Source: Clostridia bacterium (GTDB lineage: Bacteria; Bacillota; Clostridia; RGIG6154). Taken from it: 64,000 nt of DNA. Positions within the stretch are counted from its first letter, which is position 1, and the number at the start of each line of letters is the position of its first letter. The notes below the pieces were generated by a model, which did not search any database, was not told the DNA's origin, and was given only the letters and a program-made list of their open reading frames with translations. Shown one piece after another: positions 62,264 through 64,000 of this stretch. The DNA is taken from contig JAZNOU010000021.1 of assembly GCA_045589295.1 (NCBI GenBank), forward strand, positions 1 to 64,000, given 5' to 3'. The position numbers were made by a program, and so were the translations under genes.

Positions 62264-62401
62264 ATGGAATTTAACGCTATGAATTTTATTTATAATCTAA
62301 AATATATGGGTCTTGGAATGCTCGGAATTTTAGTTGTAATAGGTGTTATTATACTCGTTACAATGATTCTGAACAAAGTTACAAAACCTGAAGAAAAATA
62401 A
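62264..62401 (+). CDS. 45-aa OadG-like single-TM subunit (absent from the ORF track)
   Basis: MEFNAMNFIYNLKYMGLGMLGILVVIGVIILVTMILNKVTKPEEK; AGGAGG RBS; GM-x3-V-V pattern of gamma subunits. Confidence 0.85.
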   Translation: MEFNAMNFIYNLKYMGLGMLGILVVIGVIILVTMILNKVTKPEEK

Positions 62402-62420
62402 TTTATAATTTAATGTATAT

Positions 62421-62455
62421 AAAATGCAGAAAAAACTTGATTTTTTCTGCATTTT
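62421..62455 (+). terminator. Terminator of the oadB/G-like unit, overlapping the tRNA promoter
   Basis: AAAATGCAGAAAAAA / TTTTTTCTGCATTTT; TTGATT...TGT-TAAAAT overlaps it. Confidence 0.7.
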
Positions 62456-62511
62456 ATGTTAAAATTTTTATATTGTTTATGCCTTTTCTATATGAGGTTA
62501 AAACTAAATAC

Positions 62512-62598
62512 GCGGATATGGCGGAATTGGCAGACGCGCATGGTTCAGGTCCATGTGAAAGCGATTTCATGCAGGTTCAAGTCCTGTTATCCGCACCA
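62512..62598 (+). tRNA. tRNA-Leu (CAG)
   Basis: GCGGATA / TATCCGC acceptor stem, CATGG-TTCAGGT-CCATG anticodon arm, long variable arm, GTTCAAG T-loop, encoded CCA. Confidence 0.97.
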
Positions 62599-62607
62599 TT
62601 TTCAAAT

Positions 62608-62640
62608 TGCTTACGAGAGAAAGCTCGTAAGCATTTTTTT
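62608..62640 (+). terminator. tRNA-Leu terminator
   Basis: TGCTTACGAG / CTCGTAAGCA followed by T7. Confidence 0.85.
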
Positions 62641-62646
62641 ATATAT

Positions 62647-62684
62647 AAAAAAGCGTAAATCTCAAATGTTGATTTACGCTTTTT
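62647..62684 (-). terminator. pckA terminator
   Basis: AAAAAGCGTAAATC / GATTTACGCTTTTT inverted repeat. Confidence 0.8.
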
Positions 62685-62731
62685 ACTTTATCGTGTTTGA
62701 ATTTATGAAAATTGTTTATCAAATGCTAGAA

Positions 62732-64000
62732 TTAAACGCGAGGACCTGCGCTTACTAATGCTTTACCTGCATCATTACCAGTGTATTTATCAAAGTTTTT
62801 AACAAAACGAGCAGCAAGATCTTTTGCTTTTTCATCCCACTGCGAAGCATCTTCATATGTATCGCGAGGATCTAAAATACCAGTATCAACGCCAGGAAGT
62901 GCTGTTGGAACTGCCAAATTAAAGTAAGGTATTTCTTTTGTTTCAGCCTTCAAGATTGAACCATCTAAAATAGCGTCAATAATACCTCTTGTATCTTTAA
63001 TTGAGATACGTTTACCTGTACCATTCCATCCTGTATTTACAAGATATGCTTTAGCACCGCTCTTTTCCATTTTCTTAACAAGTTCTTCTGCATACTTTGT
63101 TGGATGAAGTTCTAAGAATGCCTGACCGAAGCATGCTGAGAATGTTGGTGTAGGTTCTGTGATGCCGCGTTCTGTACCTGCAAGTTTTGAGGTAAAACCT
63201 GACAAGAAATAATACTGAGCCTGTTCAGGTGTTAAAATTGAAACAGGAGGAAGTACACCAAATGCATCTGCTGAAAGGAAAATAACATTCTTAGCGTCAG
63301 GTGCTGCAGATACAGGGCGTACAATCTTTTCGATATGGTCGATAGGATATGATACACGTGTGTTTTCTGTAACAGAACCATCATCAAAATCGCAAACGCC
63401 GTTTGCATCAACGGTAACGTTTTCCAAAAGCGCATTACGTTTGATTGCTTTATAGATATCTGGTTCTGATTCTTTATCAAGGTTTATAACCTTTGCATAG
63501 CAACCACCTTCAAAGTTAAATACGCCTTTATCATCCCAACCGTGTTCATCATCACCGATCAAAAGTCTTTTCGGATCAGTTGAAAGTGTTGTTTTACCGG
63601 TACCTGAAAGCCCGAAGAAGAGCGCTGTATTTTCGCCATTCATATCCGTGTTTGCTGAACAGTGCATTGAAGCCATACCTTTAAGAGGCAAATAGTAGTT
63701 CATCATTGAGAACATACCTTTTTTCATTTCCCCACCATACCATGTATTTAAGATAACCTGTTCTCTTGATGTGATATTAAATACTACAGCTGTTTCTGAA
63801 TTAAGGCCTAATTCTTTAAAGTTGTCTACCTTTGCTTTTGAAGCGTTATAGCAAACAAAGTCAGGTTCAAAGTTTTCAAGTTCTTCTTCAGTTGGGTTGA
63901 TGAACATATTTTTAACAAAATGAGCCTGCCAAGCAACTTCCATAATAAATCTGATTGACATTCTTGAGTCTTCGTTAGCACCGCAGAACACATCAACAAC
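62732..64000 (-). CDS. pckA: Phosphoenolpyruvate carboxykinase (ATP), 5' part outside the window
   Basis: [44 protein letters not shown]. Confidence 0.97.
   Translation of the reverse strand, partial: VVDVFCGANEDSRMSIRFIMEVAWQAHFVKNMFINPTEEELENFEPDFVCYNASKAKVDNFKELGLNSETAVVFNITSREQVILNTWYGGEMKKGMFSMMNYYLPLKGMASMHCSANTDMNGENTALFFGLSGTGKTTLSTDPKRLLIGDDEHGWDDKGVFNFEGGCYAKVINLDKESEPDIYKAIKRNALLENVTVDANGVCDFDDGSVTENTRVSYPIDHIEKIVRPVSAAPDAKNVIFLSADAFGVLPPVSILTPEQAQYYFLSGFTSKLAGTERGITEPTPTFSACFGQAFLELHPTKYAEELVKKMEKSGAKAYLVNTGWNGTGKRISIKDTRGIIDAILDGSILKAETKEIPYFNLAVPTALPGVDTGILDPRDTYEDASQWDEKAKDLAARFVKNFDKYTGNDAGKALVSAGPRV

Noticed and set aside
62512-62731. tRNA-Leu as an integration site for an island
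   Set aside because: No integrase, duplicated tRNA 3' end or foreign genes; the site is empty.
62413-62758. 81-aa and 100-aa ORFs
   Set aside because: They run across tRNA-Leu and its terminators.
63989-63991. ORF-track start of pckA
   Set aside because: This is a window-edge artefact; the frame stays open to 64000 and the N-terminal part of the protein is missing.

Overview
A low-GC, spore-forming Clostridia chromosome segment that is almost entirely core housekeeping DNA. A dockerin protein and an SLH protein suggest an Oscillospirales/Monoglobales-like organism (inference). Most genes lie on the minus strand. Contents, left to right: the left end of a probable IS200/IS605-family element at the window edge; potABCD; a yadS-like/sugar-phosphate isomerase/mutS2 operon; a secreted dockerin protein; tmcAL; hrcA-grpE-dnaK-dnaJ-prmA with a perfect CIRCE; an SLH-M15 peptidase; a lysine riboswitch driving an NhaC-family (LysW-like) transporter; trmH-like-dprA-topA-trmFO-typA-trmB; nth and a degenerate DnaQ-like gene; rarA; RNase P RNA; rsmD-coaD, trmK-nif3; hprK-glk-murB-asp23-fakA-recG; 6S RNA; DUF1846-glyQS; the yloC...thiN superoperon followed by two small genes the ORF track does not call correctly (a 48-aa membrane protein and spoVM); rlmD; a stand-alone oadB plus small OadG-like gene; tRNA-Leu(CAG); and a partial pckA. 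I found no CRISPR array, prophage or defence island, and I cannot claim a complete new multi-gene system. The best leads are (i) a 280-bp non-coding island between two convergent terminators carrying Firmicutes XerD dif arms, one in a dif-like site with a 4-bp instead of 6-bp spacer, (ii) a 61-nt sense-strand hairpin containing an in-frame uORF that separates a Shine-Dalgarno from its gene upstream of mutS2, (iii) the orphan OadB/OadG-like module, (iv) a probable AUA start for murB and (v) a homopolymer frameshift at the end of trmFO. All calls come from reading motifs by eye; no searches were run.
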